A program made the position numbers and the translations under genes. 55,540 nucleotides of DNA from an uncultured Methanomicrobiales archaeon (GTDB lineage Archaea; Halobacteriota; Methanomicrobia; Methanomicrobiales; Methanospirillaceae), in the NCBI GenBank assembly GCA_903819595.1, contig CAIJED010000340.1:1-55540 (forward strand). Direction: 5' to 3'. Every line of letters begins with the position of its first letter. The first letter of the stretch is position 1. Shown here piece by piece: positions 38,295 to 46,663 of this stretch. The notes beneath the pieces were generated by a model. The model was not told the DNA's origin and searched no databases. It was given only the letters and a program-made list of their open reading frames with translations.

Positions 38295-39494
38295 TTACGT
38301 CTGTTTGAACATCTGCTTTGCCATGGCAACTCTCTGCTCGAAACCTGGTCCTTCGAGTTCCTCGACAACGGATTCGAGTGTCCCGGGGATGTCAATGTGC
38401 TGGGGGCATTTTTCAACGCACTGTCCGCATTGCGCGCACAGGGATGCAAACTCAGGGTTCCCGAGGGCAACGGCACCGCCTAACCGTTTAGCATACATGA
38501 ATTTTTCCACCTCGGGATTATCTACCATGTACAGGTTGTTGTACTCCTCGAAGCACAACGGGATATTTACGTCAGACGGGCAGGGCATGCAGTACCTGCA
38601 GCCGGTACAGCCGACTTTCATCAATTCCCGGTACTTGGCCTCTACTCTTTTTACCAAATCCAGTTCTGCGTCCTTCAGGGAATTGGGGTACGCCTGGTCT
38701 GCCACCGTTAGATTCTCCTGGATATGAGTCTCATCATTCATCCCGGAGAGGACGACTGTGACTTCGGGATGATTCCATATCCAGCGGAGTGCCCATTCAG
38801 GAGCGGTTCTCTTCACCAGTGCCTCATCCCAGATCGCTCTTATGGCAGGAGGCACATTTTTGGTAAGATTACCTCCCCGGAGTGGTTCCATGATGATAAC
38901 GCCAAGACCCATTGTGGCTGCATATTCCAGGCCAGCGGTACCCGCCTGGTTCTTTTCGTCCAGGAAATTATACTGGATCTGGCAGAAGTCCCAGTCATAG
39001 GCATCTACGATCCGGTTGAAATCCGTTCCTGCGCCATGGAAGGAGAAACCTGCGTTCTTTATACGGCCATCAACTTTGGCGTTGTCAAGGAAATCTGCCA
39101 CACCGAGTTTTTCAACTGTGTCCCACAGATCGCCGACAAGTGTATGGACCAGATAATAGTCGATGTGGTCGGTTTTGAGTTTTACAAGCTGGGCGTTCAG
39201 GTACTTGTCCATATCCTCCCTGCTCTCAATCAGCCAGGAAGGGAGTTTTGTTGCAAGTTTCACTTTATTCCGGTAACCGTCAGCAAGGGCATGCCCAACG
39301 AAGGGCTCGCTCTGTCCCATGTGATAGGGCCAGGCCGAATCAACATAATTTACTCCGTGATCAATTGCATACCGGACCTGTCTGGTGGCCCTTTCCTCAT
39401 CTATCGAGCCATCCTCTTTAACGGCAAGACGCATGCATCCGAATCCAAGGATGGAAAGTTCGTCTCCGTTCCCGGGCATTTTTCTGTACAACAT
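38295..39494 (-). CDS. Aldo/keto reductase with C-terminal 4Fe-4S ferredoxin-type domain
   Basis: The AKR core reads LGFGCMRL...DSAWPYHMGQSE...YYLVH. The C-terminal Cys clusters are CTGCRYCMPCP and CAQCGQCVEKCP. Confidence 0.85.
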   Translation of the reverse strand: MLYRKMPGNGDELSILGFGCMRLAVKEDGSIDEERATRQVRYAIDHGVNYVDSAWPYHMGQSEPFVGHALADGYRNKVKLATKLPSWLIESREDMDKYLNAQLVKLKTDHIDYYLVHTLVGDLWDTVEKLGVADFLDNAKVDGRIKNAGFSFHGAGTDFNRIVDAYDWDFCQIQYNFLDEKNQAGTAGLEYAATMGLGVIIMEPLRGGNLTKNVPPAIRAIWDEALVKRTAPEWALRWIWNHPEVTVVLSGMNDETHIQENLTVADQAYPNSLKDAELDLVKRVEAKYRELMKVGCTGCRYCMPCPSDVNIPLCFEEYNNLYMVDNPEVEKFMYAKRLGGAVALGNPEFASLCAQCGQCVEKCPQHIDIPGTLESVVEELEGPGFEQRVAMAKQMFKQT

Positions 39495-39526
39495 TTTTCA
39501 ATCACACTGCATTTTGAGTATTTATG

Positions 39527-39889
39527 TTAATCAACGGTATTTTCCGTGTAAGTAGGATAATAACATTTACTTTTTCCACCCACGTTCGCCCAGCCACCCG
39601 GATACATCATTCTGCGCATTTTTTCACGCTGCTGCCGTGGACCGCCAGGCCATCCAGGACGGTTGACTGCGGGCACGTTTTCCAGACATCCGTGACACTC
39701 CGGCCAGGCCCACTCCCTTCGTGCGTGCAGAAAGGTGCTAATGGTCTTTCCGGAGAAATCATATTCCTCCAGGAAGGTGAATACCGGCATCGCTCCCCAC
39801 CAGTTGGGGTGGCCGGGGAAGATCACATCCAGGAAGCGAACACGCACGTCTGTTCTGCAAACATTGTGACCTGTTGTATACCCGTGCAA
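39527..39889 (-). CDS. Hypothetical protein (Trp/Pro/Gly/His-rich, one CHGC motif)
   Basis: The 120-aa ORF looks more protein-like than the overlapping plus-strand ORF. I recognise no family. Confidence 0.35.
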   Translation of the reverse strand: MHGYTTGHNVCRTDVRVRFLDVIFPGHPNWWGAMPVFTFLEEYDFSGKTISTFLHARREWAWPECHGCLENVPAVNRPGWPGGPRQQREKMRRMMYPGGWANVGGKSKCYYPTYTENTVD

Positions 39890-40164
39890 TTATTTCCAGG
39901 GCCTCATTTCGAAGGCAGAAAGTAAGGATACAATTGACCCGCCCGATCGGTTCTCTGAATTGACAACTTGACGCGTAATCTCCGTCCCCTTGTAAATAAA
40001 TTATCGTTATGGCTCCGGCATCGATGCCACGTGTTGTCCAGACAAAAAACCCATTTCAAGGAAAAAATTTTCCTTTTTTATTTACGTTGCCACACCGGTA
40101 TGCAATCGGAAGACCTCGCGTCGGGTTCATATCCGATGTCGTCAGAAAGGAAGATGATGCGACG

Positions 40165-40506
40165 ATGAACCAGACTCCTGATGTCCCGGTGATTATCCTC
40201 TCAACGGCATCATCTGAAAATGCCAAGGCCATTGCAGGTGTACTTATCAGAAAAAGACTCGCTGCATGTGTGAACATGACCAGTGTTTTGTCATATTATC
40301 ACTGGAACGGTGAATTTTGTGAGGATTGCGAGACCCTCATGGTGATAAAGACCATGGACTCTCAGAAGAATGGGGTGATGGACGCCATCCGGAGCCTTCA
40401 TACCTACGAACTCCCTGAAATGGTTGTCATTCCTATTACAGGGGGATTTCCACCTTACCTCACCTGGTTAAAAGAGGAAATACAAAAGGACCATTCATCA
40501 GGCTGA
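40165..40506 (+). CDS. cutA: Divalent-cation tolerance protein CutA
   Basis: LAACVNMTSVLSYYHWNGEFCEDCETLMVIKT...HTYELPEMVVIPI is the CutA1 core. ATG 40165 gives about 113 aa. The track start 40009 is an over-extension. Confidence 0.85.
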   Translation: MNQTPDVPVIILSTASSENAKAIAGVLIRKRLAACVNMTSVLSYYHWNGEFCEDCETLMVIKTMDSQKNGVMDAIRSLHTYELPEMVVIPITGGFPPYLTWLKEEIQKDHSSG

Positions 40507-40655
40507 TGACCAGAACAGGCTGGATACAGGGCGATGGACAATCCTGACGTCCAGGGAACGCCATGCAGGTGGGAATCATTCAGACGCATCTTCACCAGGG
40601 TAACTCGCACTATTGAAATAGACGGAGCCCGCTACGTTAGATCAGGTAGATCGAA

Positions 40656-41135
40656 TTGCCGGACACGAAAACAGAGCCGCGGGACGCGCTCATTCTTCTC
40701 GGGTGCCCGCAGGTGCCGATACAGACGAGTGTCGCATTGTACCTTGCCAATAAGCTCCGCAAGCAGGGAATTACTACGGTAATCACCGGTAACCGGGCGG
40801 CGAGGACAAATATTGAAGTAGCTGACCCTGACCGTCATTATATTGGTGAGGTAATCGATATCGACCGGTGCATTGCCCTGCTGGCAGAAAAAAAACGAAG
40901 TTTCCATTACTGTTTTTCGTTTATTCATAATGATGCCGGCCTGTCCTATGCTGCAACGGTGAAGGCGATCTCCCCCGCCGCCCAGGTCCTTATCATCTTT
41001 GGTGAACACTTCGAGGAAGTCGCCTCCATGGTGGAATTCAAGGCAGAAATAATCGCAGTGAATGCGGTGCATAACCCGATGCCGCTGAAGGCAAAAATTG
41101 ACGAGGTATTACCATGGGTTGTCTCGAATCTATGA
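40656..41135 (+). CDS. Methanogen-conserved protein resembling DUF1890
   Basis: 159 aa with a TTG start. ALILLGCPQVPIQTSVALYLANKLRKQG and the Rossmann-like alternation fit DUF1890. The family name is from memory only. Confidence 0.6.
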   Translation: MPDTKTEPRDALILLGCPQVPIQTSVALYLANKLRKQGITTVITGNRAARTNIEVADPDRHYIGEVIDIDRCIALLAEKKRSFHYCFSFIHNDAGLSYAATVKAISPAAQVLIIFGEHFEEVASMVEFKAEIIAVNAVHNPMPLKAKIDEVLPWVVSNL

Positions 41136-41389
41136 AACATGAGATCCTGATGAGGGACGCAAGTTTTAAGGAGTGCAGGGAATACATCCTTTCGCACTTT
41201 CCTGAACATTTCGAGGTGCTGCCCGGGTATAAGATCTTTGAAAAGCATCTCATCGGTGTCCCGCCGCTCTATATCGCCGTCGACGGGGACGATGTCATTA
41301 TCCCCTATACGAAGCCCTGCTATGGGACGTTCCTGATCAGGGTACCGGACCCGGAAATGGCTTCGGAATTGCGGCGAAAGAGACCCTGA
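41132..41389 (+). CDS. Methanogen-conserved small protein resembling DUF1894
   Basis: MKHEILMRDASFKECREYILSHFPEHFEVLPGYKIF... is the sequence. ATG 41132 forms an ATGA overlap with the upstream stop, and an alternative ATG lies at 41114. The family name is from memory only. Confidence 0.6.
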   Translation: MKHEILMRDASFKECREYILSHFPEHFEVLPGYKIFEKHLIGVPPLYIAVDGDDVIIPYTKPCYGTFLIRVPDPEMASELRRKRP

Positions 41390-41618
41390 CCACTTTTTTC
41401 CCTGCCTGATGCCCGGGATATGCCTGCCCGTATCTGCGGTCCCGCCCATGGTTTTGTCATACGTACGGGTACCCGGGATTCAGCGCAGATTACTATCGTA
41501 CCACCCAATGACCATTAATCCGGGACCGTTCGAAGCGCGGGAACCCGGTCGCCTGTGTCCCAGGACCACGGGAACCTATAATGTCTCGGAGGGATATCCT
41601 TCGTATGCCAGGGGAGGA

Positions 41619-43286
41619 ATGATGAACGACATATCAGTCCTGATTGGAGGAAAAGCCGGAGACGGGATCAATAGTGCAGGTCTTACCATTGCCCACCTGT
41701 TCAATCATCTCGGTTACCGGGTCTACATGTATTTTGATTATCCATCGCTCATCAAGGGGGGCCACAATTTTGCCATTGTAAGGGCATCTGAACAAAAAAC
41801 CGGGGCGCATCGTGGGACTGTAGATTTTCTTCTTGCATTGAATAATGATACTATTGACTTTCATACCGGCATGGTGCGGCCGGATACCGGGATCATCTAC
41901 GATTCGGGAACTGTAACAAAAGGGACCGGCACTCCAATCCCTGTACGTGAGATCCTCACCGCCGAAAACGCCCCGTTGATCATGGGAAATTCGGCGATCA
42001 TCGGAGGGTTTGCCAAAACAGCCGGAATAAAATGGGACGTGATCGAGGAGGTCTTCCGGCATCACCTGCCAAAGGAGACCGGGAAGAACCTGTCAGTGGC
42101 ACGATTGGCCTATGATGCAGCGCCTGTCATCCGGGTTGTCCCGGTGATCGGGTCGGGTCATCTGCCGGTCATCACCGGCAACGAAGCGATGGGCCTGGGC
42201 CTCATTCATGGCGGCATGGATGCCTACATCTCCTACCCGATGACACCGACTTCCAACCTCCTTCATTTCCTTGCAGAACAGGCATCTCACGTACCGATCA
42301 CCGTGATCCACCCCGAAAATGAGATCGCGGCGATGATCATGGCACTGGGATTTGCCTATGCCGGGAAAAAAGCGGCCGTAGGAACTTCAGGCGGCGGGTT
42401 CTGCCTGATGACCGAAGGACTCTCGTTTGCAGGACAGTCTGAGATCCCGGTGGTGATCGTTGTCGGGCAGCGGACGGGACCCAGTACCGGACTTCCCACG
42501 TACACCGGCCAGTCAGATCTCAATTTTGTTCTGCATGCAGGGCAGGGGGAGTTTCCACGACTCGTGGTTGCCCCAGGGGACGCGGAGGAGTCATACGGGT
42601 GGGCTTCTCTTGCGGTCCGGCTTGCATGGAAATACCAGGTCCCTGCGATTATTCTCGGTGATAAGACATTACATGAAGGGACCTACAGTTTCGACAGAAC
42701 CGAGATCGAAGGATACTATTCTGATCCAGGCATCCCGGGGGAGGAACTGGTTGCCGGCAAAAATTACGGGCGCTACAGGCTTACCGGGTCCGGCATATCC
42801 CCGATGGCCTTCCCCGGCACACCCGGTACGGTGGTCAAAGTCAGCAGTTATACCCATGACGAGACTGGCCTTTCGACCGAAGATGCAGAAATTTCGAGGG
42901 TAATGGCAGAAAAGAGGAAGAAAAAAGAAGCCCTGCTGCTGGATGAGGTCGGGCGTTACGAGGCGGTCAGGACCTACGGTGACCGCAGCAGCCCTGTGGC
43001 CCTCCTGGCATGGGGCTCCAATAAGGGGGTTGCCTGCGATGTCGCCGGTCTTCTTGGTCTTTCGGTTGTACAGCCGGTTGTCCTCTCCCCGTTCCCTCTT
43101 CACCAGGTGAAAGAGGCACTTTCCGGTGTAACGCGGCTGATATCTGTTGAAGATAACATGGAAGGACAACTGGGGTCCCTCCTTGCCAGCCACGGCATTA
43201 CGGTGAATGACCAGGTGCTGAAATACGATGGAAGGCCGTTTTCGGTCGATGAACTCCGGGTAAGGGTCATGGAGGTGTTGAAATGA
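41619..43286 (+). CDS. 2-oxoacid:ferredoxin oxidoreductase, fused gamma-alpha subunit
   Basis: The gamma-like N-terminus is VLIGGKAGDGINSAGLTIAHLF, followed by the alpha core GNEAMGLGLIHGGMDAYISYPMTPTS. ATG 41619 is preceded by GGGGAGGA. The track start 41409 is an over-extension. Confidence 0.85.
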   Translation: MMNDISVLIGGKAGDGINSAGLTIAHLFNHLGYRVYMYFDYPSLIKGGHNFAIVRASEQKTGAHRGTVDFLLALNNDTIDFHTGMVRPDTGIIYDSGTVTKGTGTPIPVREILTAENAPLIMGNSAIIGGFAKTAGIKWDVIEEVFRHHLPKETGKNLSVARLAYDAAPVIRVVPVIGSGHLPVITGNEAMGLGLIHGGMDAYISYPMTPTSNLLHFLAEQASHVPITVIHPENEIAAMIMALGFAYAGKKAAVGTSGGGFCLMTEGLSFAGQSEIPVVIVVGQRTGPSTGLPTYTGQSDLNFVLHAGQGEFPRLVVAPGDAEESYGWASLAVRLAWKYQVPAIILGDKTLHEGTYSFDRTEIEGYYSDPGIPGEELVAGKNYGRYRLTGSGISPMAFPGTPGTVVKVSSYTHDETGLSTEDAEISRVMAEKRKKKEALLLDEVGRYEAVRTYGDRSSPVALLAWGSNKGVACDVAGLLGLSVVQPVVLSPFPLHQVKEALSGVTRLISVEDNMEGQLGSLLASHGITVNDQVLKYDGRPFSVDELRVRVMEVLK

Positions 43287-44134
43287 CCGATCGTAACCTT
43301 GTTACCCCTGCAGAGAACACCTGGTGCCCGGGATGTGGCAACTTCTCCATCGAGTTTGCATTAAAGGCGGTGATCAGTGACCTCGTCCGGGGTGGCCAGT
43401 CCCTGGATGAGATCGTCCTTGTGACCGGGATTGGCTGCCATGCAAAGATGGCCGACTACCTGAACATCAACAGTTTTTATTCTCTTCATGGGCGGACAAT
43501 TCCCGCTGCAACCGGGATAAAGCTCGCGAACCCTAAACTGAAAGTCATATGCTGTGCCGGTGACGGGGACTGCTATGCAGAAGGCCTTGACCACCTCATC
43601 TTTGCCGCAAAACGGAATATCGATATCAGCGTGATTATCCATAATAACCGGGTTTACGGGCTTACCACCGGTCAGTACACACCGACCTCCCCACTCGGGT
43701 TCAGGGGTCGTTCGACTCCCGGAGGGACCACCGAACTCCCGATAAACCCACTCGAACTGATGCTTGCCAGTGGTGCGACTTTTGTCGCCCGTGGCTACAC
43801 AAGAAAAATGGAACAGTTACGTTCCCTCGTGATGCAGGGACTGGCGCACCGTGGTTTCTCATTTATCGATCTCCTCCAAATCTGTGCGACATACAACAAT
43901 ACGACGGATTATTACAATGAGCACGTCTATGACCTGGAGAACCACGATATATCCTCATTTGAAGATGCATTCACGAAGGCCCGTGAGTGGGACTATAATG
44001 CCGATGCCAGGATTGCCCTCGGACTTTTCTACCAGCATGTCATGCCCACCTACGAGGACCGGGTTTTTGCCCACCCGCCAGACAACACGGACCGACTGAA
44101 GGGAATAGAAGAGATCCTGCAGAAAAAAATGTAG
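43283..44134 (+). CDS. 2-oxoacid:ferredoxin oxidoreductase, beta (TPP-binding) subunit
   Basis: NTWCPGCGNFSI, GIGCH and GDGDCYAEGLDH (TPP motif) are present. There is an ATGA overlap with the alpha subunit. No delta/ferredoxin subunit gene is adjacent. Confidence 0.9.
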   Translation: MTDRNLVTPAENTWCPGCGNFSIEFALKAVISDLVRGGQSLDEIVLVTGIGCHAKMADYLNINSFYSLHGRTIPAATGIKLANPKLKVICCAGDGDCYAEGLDHLIFAAKRNIDISVIIHNNRVYGLTTGQYTPTSPLGFRGRSTPGGTTELPINPLELMLASGATFVARGYTRKMEQLRSLVMQGLAHRGFSFIDLLQICATYNNTTDYYNEHVYDLENHDISSFEDAFTKAREWDYNADARIALGLFYQHVMPTYEDRVFAHPPDNTDRLKGIEEILQKKM

Positions 44135-44156
44135 CCCTGCATTTCAAAAGGGCCTC

Positions 44157-44211
44157 ATTTTTTCCGTTGTTTCTGCCCGGTTCCTGGTGATGGCTGCTTC
44201 GTGTTTTTTTT
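44157..44211 (+). terminator. Oligo-T tracts downstream of the oxidoreductase operon
   Basis: A T6 run at 44159-44164 and a T8 run at 44204-44211 lie within 80 nt of the stop. Archaeal RNA polymerase terminates at oligo-T. Confidence 0.35.
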
Positions 44212-44343
44212 GAAACTGTCTGCTTTGGTGTGCCCGGTACGGAGGTGATCAACTCCCCGGGGCCGGTAGTCCGGAGGAGGACGCATGACTGTTAATAGGT
44301 GCGAATGCAAGTACTACCTGGAATTTAACCGTGGATACCCGGA

Positions 44344-44943
44344 ATGGTCGACGCTGTAACCCTTACCCCCGTTTTCGCATGGGTCATACTCCCCCTGCTG
44401 ATATTTTTTGCCCGTATCTGTGACGTAACGCTCGGTACGATTCGGGTAATTTTCATTTCTAAGGGATTCAAGTACATCGCCCCCTGTATCGGGTTTTTCG
44501 AGGTGATTATCTGGCTTCTTGCGATTGGACAGGTGATGAATAATATCACGAATGTCGCGTCGTATATTGCCTATGGTGCCGGGTTTGCTACTGGTACGTT
44601 TGTTGGAATGGCAATTGAAGAAAAACTGTCCCTTGGTACCGTGATTGTCCGGGTCATCACGAACCACGAGGCGAAAGAACTGGTTGAATATTTGCGTGCC
44701 CATGATTACGGTGTGACGGCAATCGATGCGACAGGGTCTTCGGGTCCTGTCAAGGTCCTCTTCATGGTGCTTAAAAGACAGGACCTGGGCAGGGTAACCG
44801 GGATTATCCGGCAGTTCCAGCCGAATGCGTTTTATTCGATAGAAGATGTAAAATCAGCGGCAGAAGGTGTATTCCCCGAGAGGAGATCAAAATACCTGGT
44901 AAGTCACGGGGATTTGCTGAAATTTTTCAGGAAAGACAAGTGA
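44344..44943 (+). CDS. UPF0316 / DUF2179-domain membrane protein
   Basis: Three N-terminal TM helices (ICDVTLGTIRVIFISKG) are followed by a C-terminal DUF2179-like GVTAIDATGSSGPVKVLFMVLKRQD. Confidence 0.75.
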   Translation: MVDAVTLTPVFAWVILPLLIFFARICDVTLGTIRVIFISKGFKYIAPCIGFFEVIIWLLAIGQVMNNITNVASYIAYGAGFATGTFVGMAIEEKLSLGTVIVRVITNHEAKELVEYLRAHDYGVTAIDATGSSGPVKVLFMVLKRQDLGRVTGIIRQFQPNAFYSIEDVKSAAEGVFPERRSKYLVSHGDLLKFFRKDK

Positions 44944-45078
44944 ATTGTGGAAACGGAGATGGGAACATCGATTTGATTTCGATGAACGTCAATCCTGCAG
45001 GTCTGTAACGGCCCATGACGACCTGGCTTCCTGCTGCCGGAGATCTTAAAATGAGCAGGGATCTACCCCCTATTTTCT

Positions 45079-45792
45079 TCAGGAGGGTTCCGGAAAGAGT
45101 GGGTAGAGCAGGTCCGGAAGGTCAAAAATCGTATTCAGTATATACTCTGCATAAACTTCCCCGCGGGTGTCTGCCAGACGGTCCCCATATCGTGCGTAAA
45201 ATGTCTGCATCCCGACTTTGCGGGCAGGCGCAAGGTCGCGGTGAGGGCTGTCACCGATCATCGCTGTTACGGTACTTCCACAGCCAAGTTTACTGATGGC
45301 AAGAAGGAACGGTGCCGTATCAGGTTTTTTTCGCCCCGTCATTTCAAAGGTAACGATCTGGTCAAATGCACATGAAAGACCGACTTTCTCCAACCGGCGT
45401 TTCGCATGGTACATATCCGCATCAGTGACCAGTCCGAGGGGAATCTCCATTTCCCGGATTTCCTGGACTACCTGCGTGACCCCGGGGTATGCCGTGATAT
45501 TGTTTAATTTTTCGTGCTCGTACAGGGCGCAGACCTCATTATAACGTGGTACCTCAAAAATGTCCCTGTCAAGGAGGTAATCCCTGATGTTTCTCCAGTC
45601 CTCGAATCCCCAGTCAGGCCGGAGGAAATAGGAAAAAAGGTCCTCACCGTCATCCCTTCCCAGGTACTCTGATACTGTGTCACATGCGGCAATTTTGGCA
45701 CCGATCAGGTCAAACAGGGTATTATCCATGTCAAATATTACTGCCCTGACCCTATCCTTCGTCTGTTGAACTGGTGATATGTGATACGCCAT
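45079..45792 (-). CDS. HAD-superfamily hydrolase (subfamily IA)
   Basis: Motif I is AVIFDMDNTLFD. LVTDA and IGDSPHRD (motif IV) are also present. Confidence 0.8.
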   Translation of the reverse strand: MAYHISPVQQTKDRVRAVIFDMDNTLFDLIGAKIAACDTVSEYLGRDDGEDLFSYFLRPDWGFEDWRNIRDYLLDRDIFEVPRYNEVCALYEHEKLNNITAYPGVTQVVQEIREMEIPLGLVTDADMYHAKRRLEKVGLSCAFDQIVTFEMTGRKKPDTAPFLLAISKLGCGSTVTAMIGDSPHRDLAPARKVGMQTFYARYGDRLADTRGEVYAEYILNTIFDLPDLLYPLFPEPS

Positions 45793-45927
45793 CCGGATAT
45801 TCGCCTAAAAGAATATCCTCTCTTTCCAATGTAAGTGATTCCATCATGAGGGCAATACCAGGGTAATAAAAAACGGGCTGCTGACAGTTCCGGCCACTCT
45901 TCTTAAAAAAATGGGACCCTTGAATGG

Positions 45928-46494
45928 TTATGAGAGATTTTTCATCCTGACGATCTCGACCGGAAGGCCCCATTGGTCAATGCTTATCGCATCAGGTCTT
46001 CCCTTTGCCGTGAACGAGACTACCGACCCGTCCTGTCTGAATTCCTTGTCCATGTCGAGGGGCAGATACTGCAGCACCCCGGATTTTCCACCGGTGTCGA
46101 CAACAATCCCGTAGAAACCTCCTTCTGTGGTCTGATATGTTACGTTCCCGATACCATAGATGTATCCGGTATCACCGGGGATTTGGCGCATCAGAACGAT
46201 CTCAACAGGGATTCCTGCCTGGACCGGGAACGTGGATTTTGGGACGGTATATCCGGAAAATGCAATCCTGTCGCCGTTTTTGAAGTGATTAACAGGGAAT
46301 GGGGATGGGATGTAGACAAGCCCGTCATCACCGTTGATCTCCAAAGATACCCCGGGTATGGCAGGGATGTTCAGGACTCCGGTACCATCGATGATTGTCC
46401 GTTCCGTCATCGTCGTGTTTGTACAGCCAGGAACGATGCTGAAAATGGCAAGAATGCTAAGGAGCAGGAAAATTGGGACGGGTATCTTCATCAT
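45928..46494 (-). CDS. Hypothetical secreted/lipobox protein
   Basis: The signal peptide is MMKIPVPIFLLLSILAIFSIVPGC and the body is beta-rich. I recognise no family. Confidence 0.55.
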   Translation of the reverse strand: MMKIPVPIFLLLSILAIFSIVPGCTNTTMTERTIIDGTGVLNIPAIPGVSLEINGDDGLVYIPSPFPVNHFKNGDRIAFSGYTVPKSTFPVQAGIPVEIVLMRQIPGDTGYIYGIGNVTYQTTEGGFYGIVVDTGGKSGVLQYLPLDMDKEFRQDGSVVSFTAKGRPDAISIDQWGLPVEIVRMKNLS

Positions 46495-46663
46495 ACCCTC
46501 GACTTTTCAATGCCCGAAAATAAGAAACTTCCTGCCAGCGATGACCGGGACGGGGGTGCAGGTTTTCCTGTACGGGTAACTATTGGTACCGCCATCGAAT
46601 CCCAGGGTGTGTCCACACCTTTTATACACAGTTCTCCCAATAGGAAAACGAGGACAAAAGGGG

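Noticed and set aside
38724-39530. 268-aa plus-strand ORF
   Set aside because: It is antisense to the aldo/keto reductase, which has clear AKR and Fe-S motifs. The plus-strand ORF has no motifs.
41409-41618. Long N-terminal extensions in track ORFs. This one affects oxidoreductase alpha, and the same applies at 40009, 46583, 13395, 19368 and 51658
   Set aside because: Internal ATGs with Shine-Dalgarno-like GGAGG/GGTG runs or ATGA overlaps coincide with the start of family-conserved sequence. The extensions are compositionally atypical.
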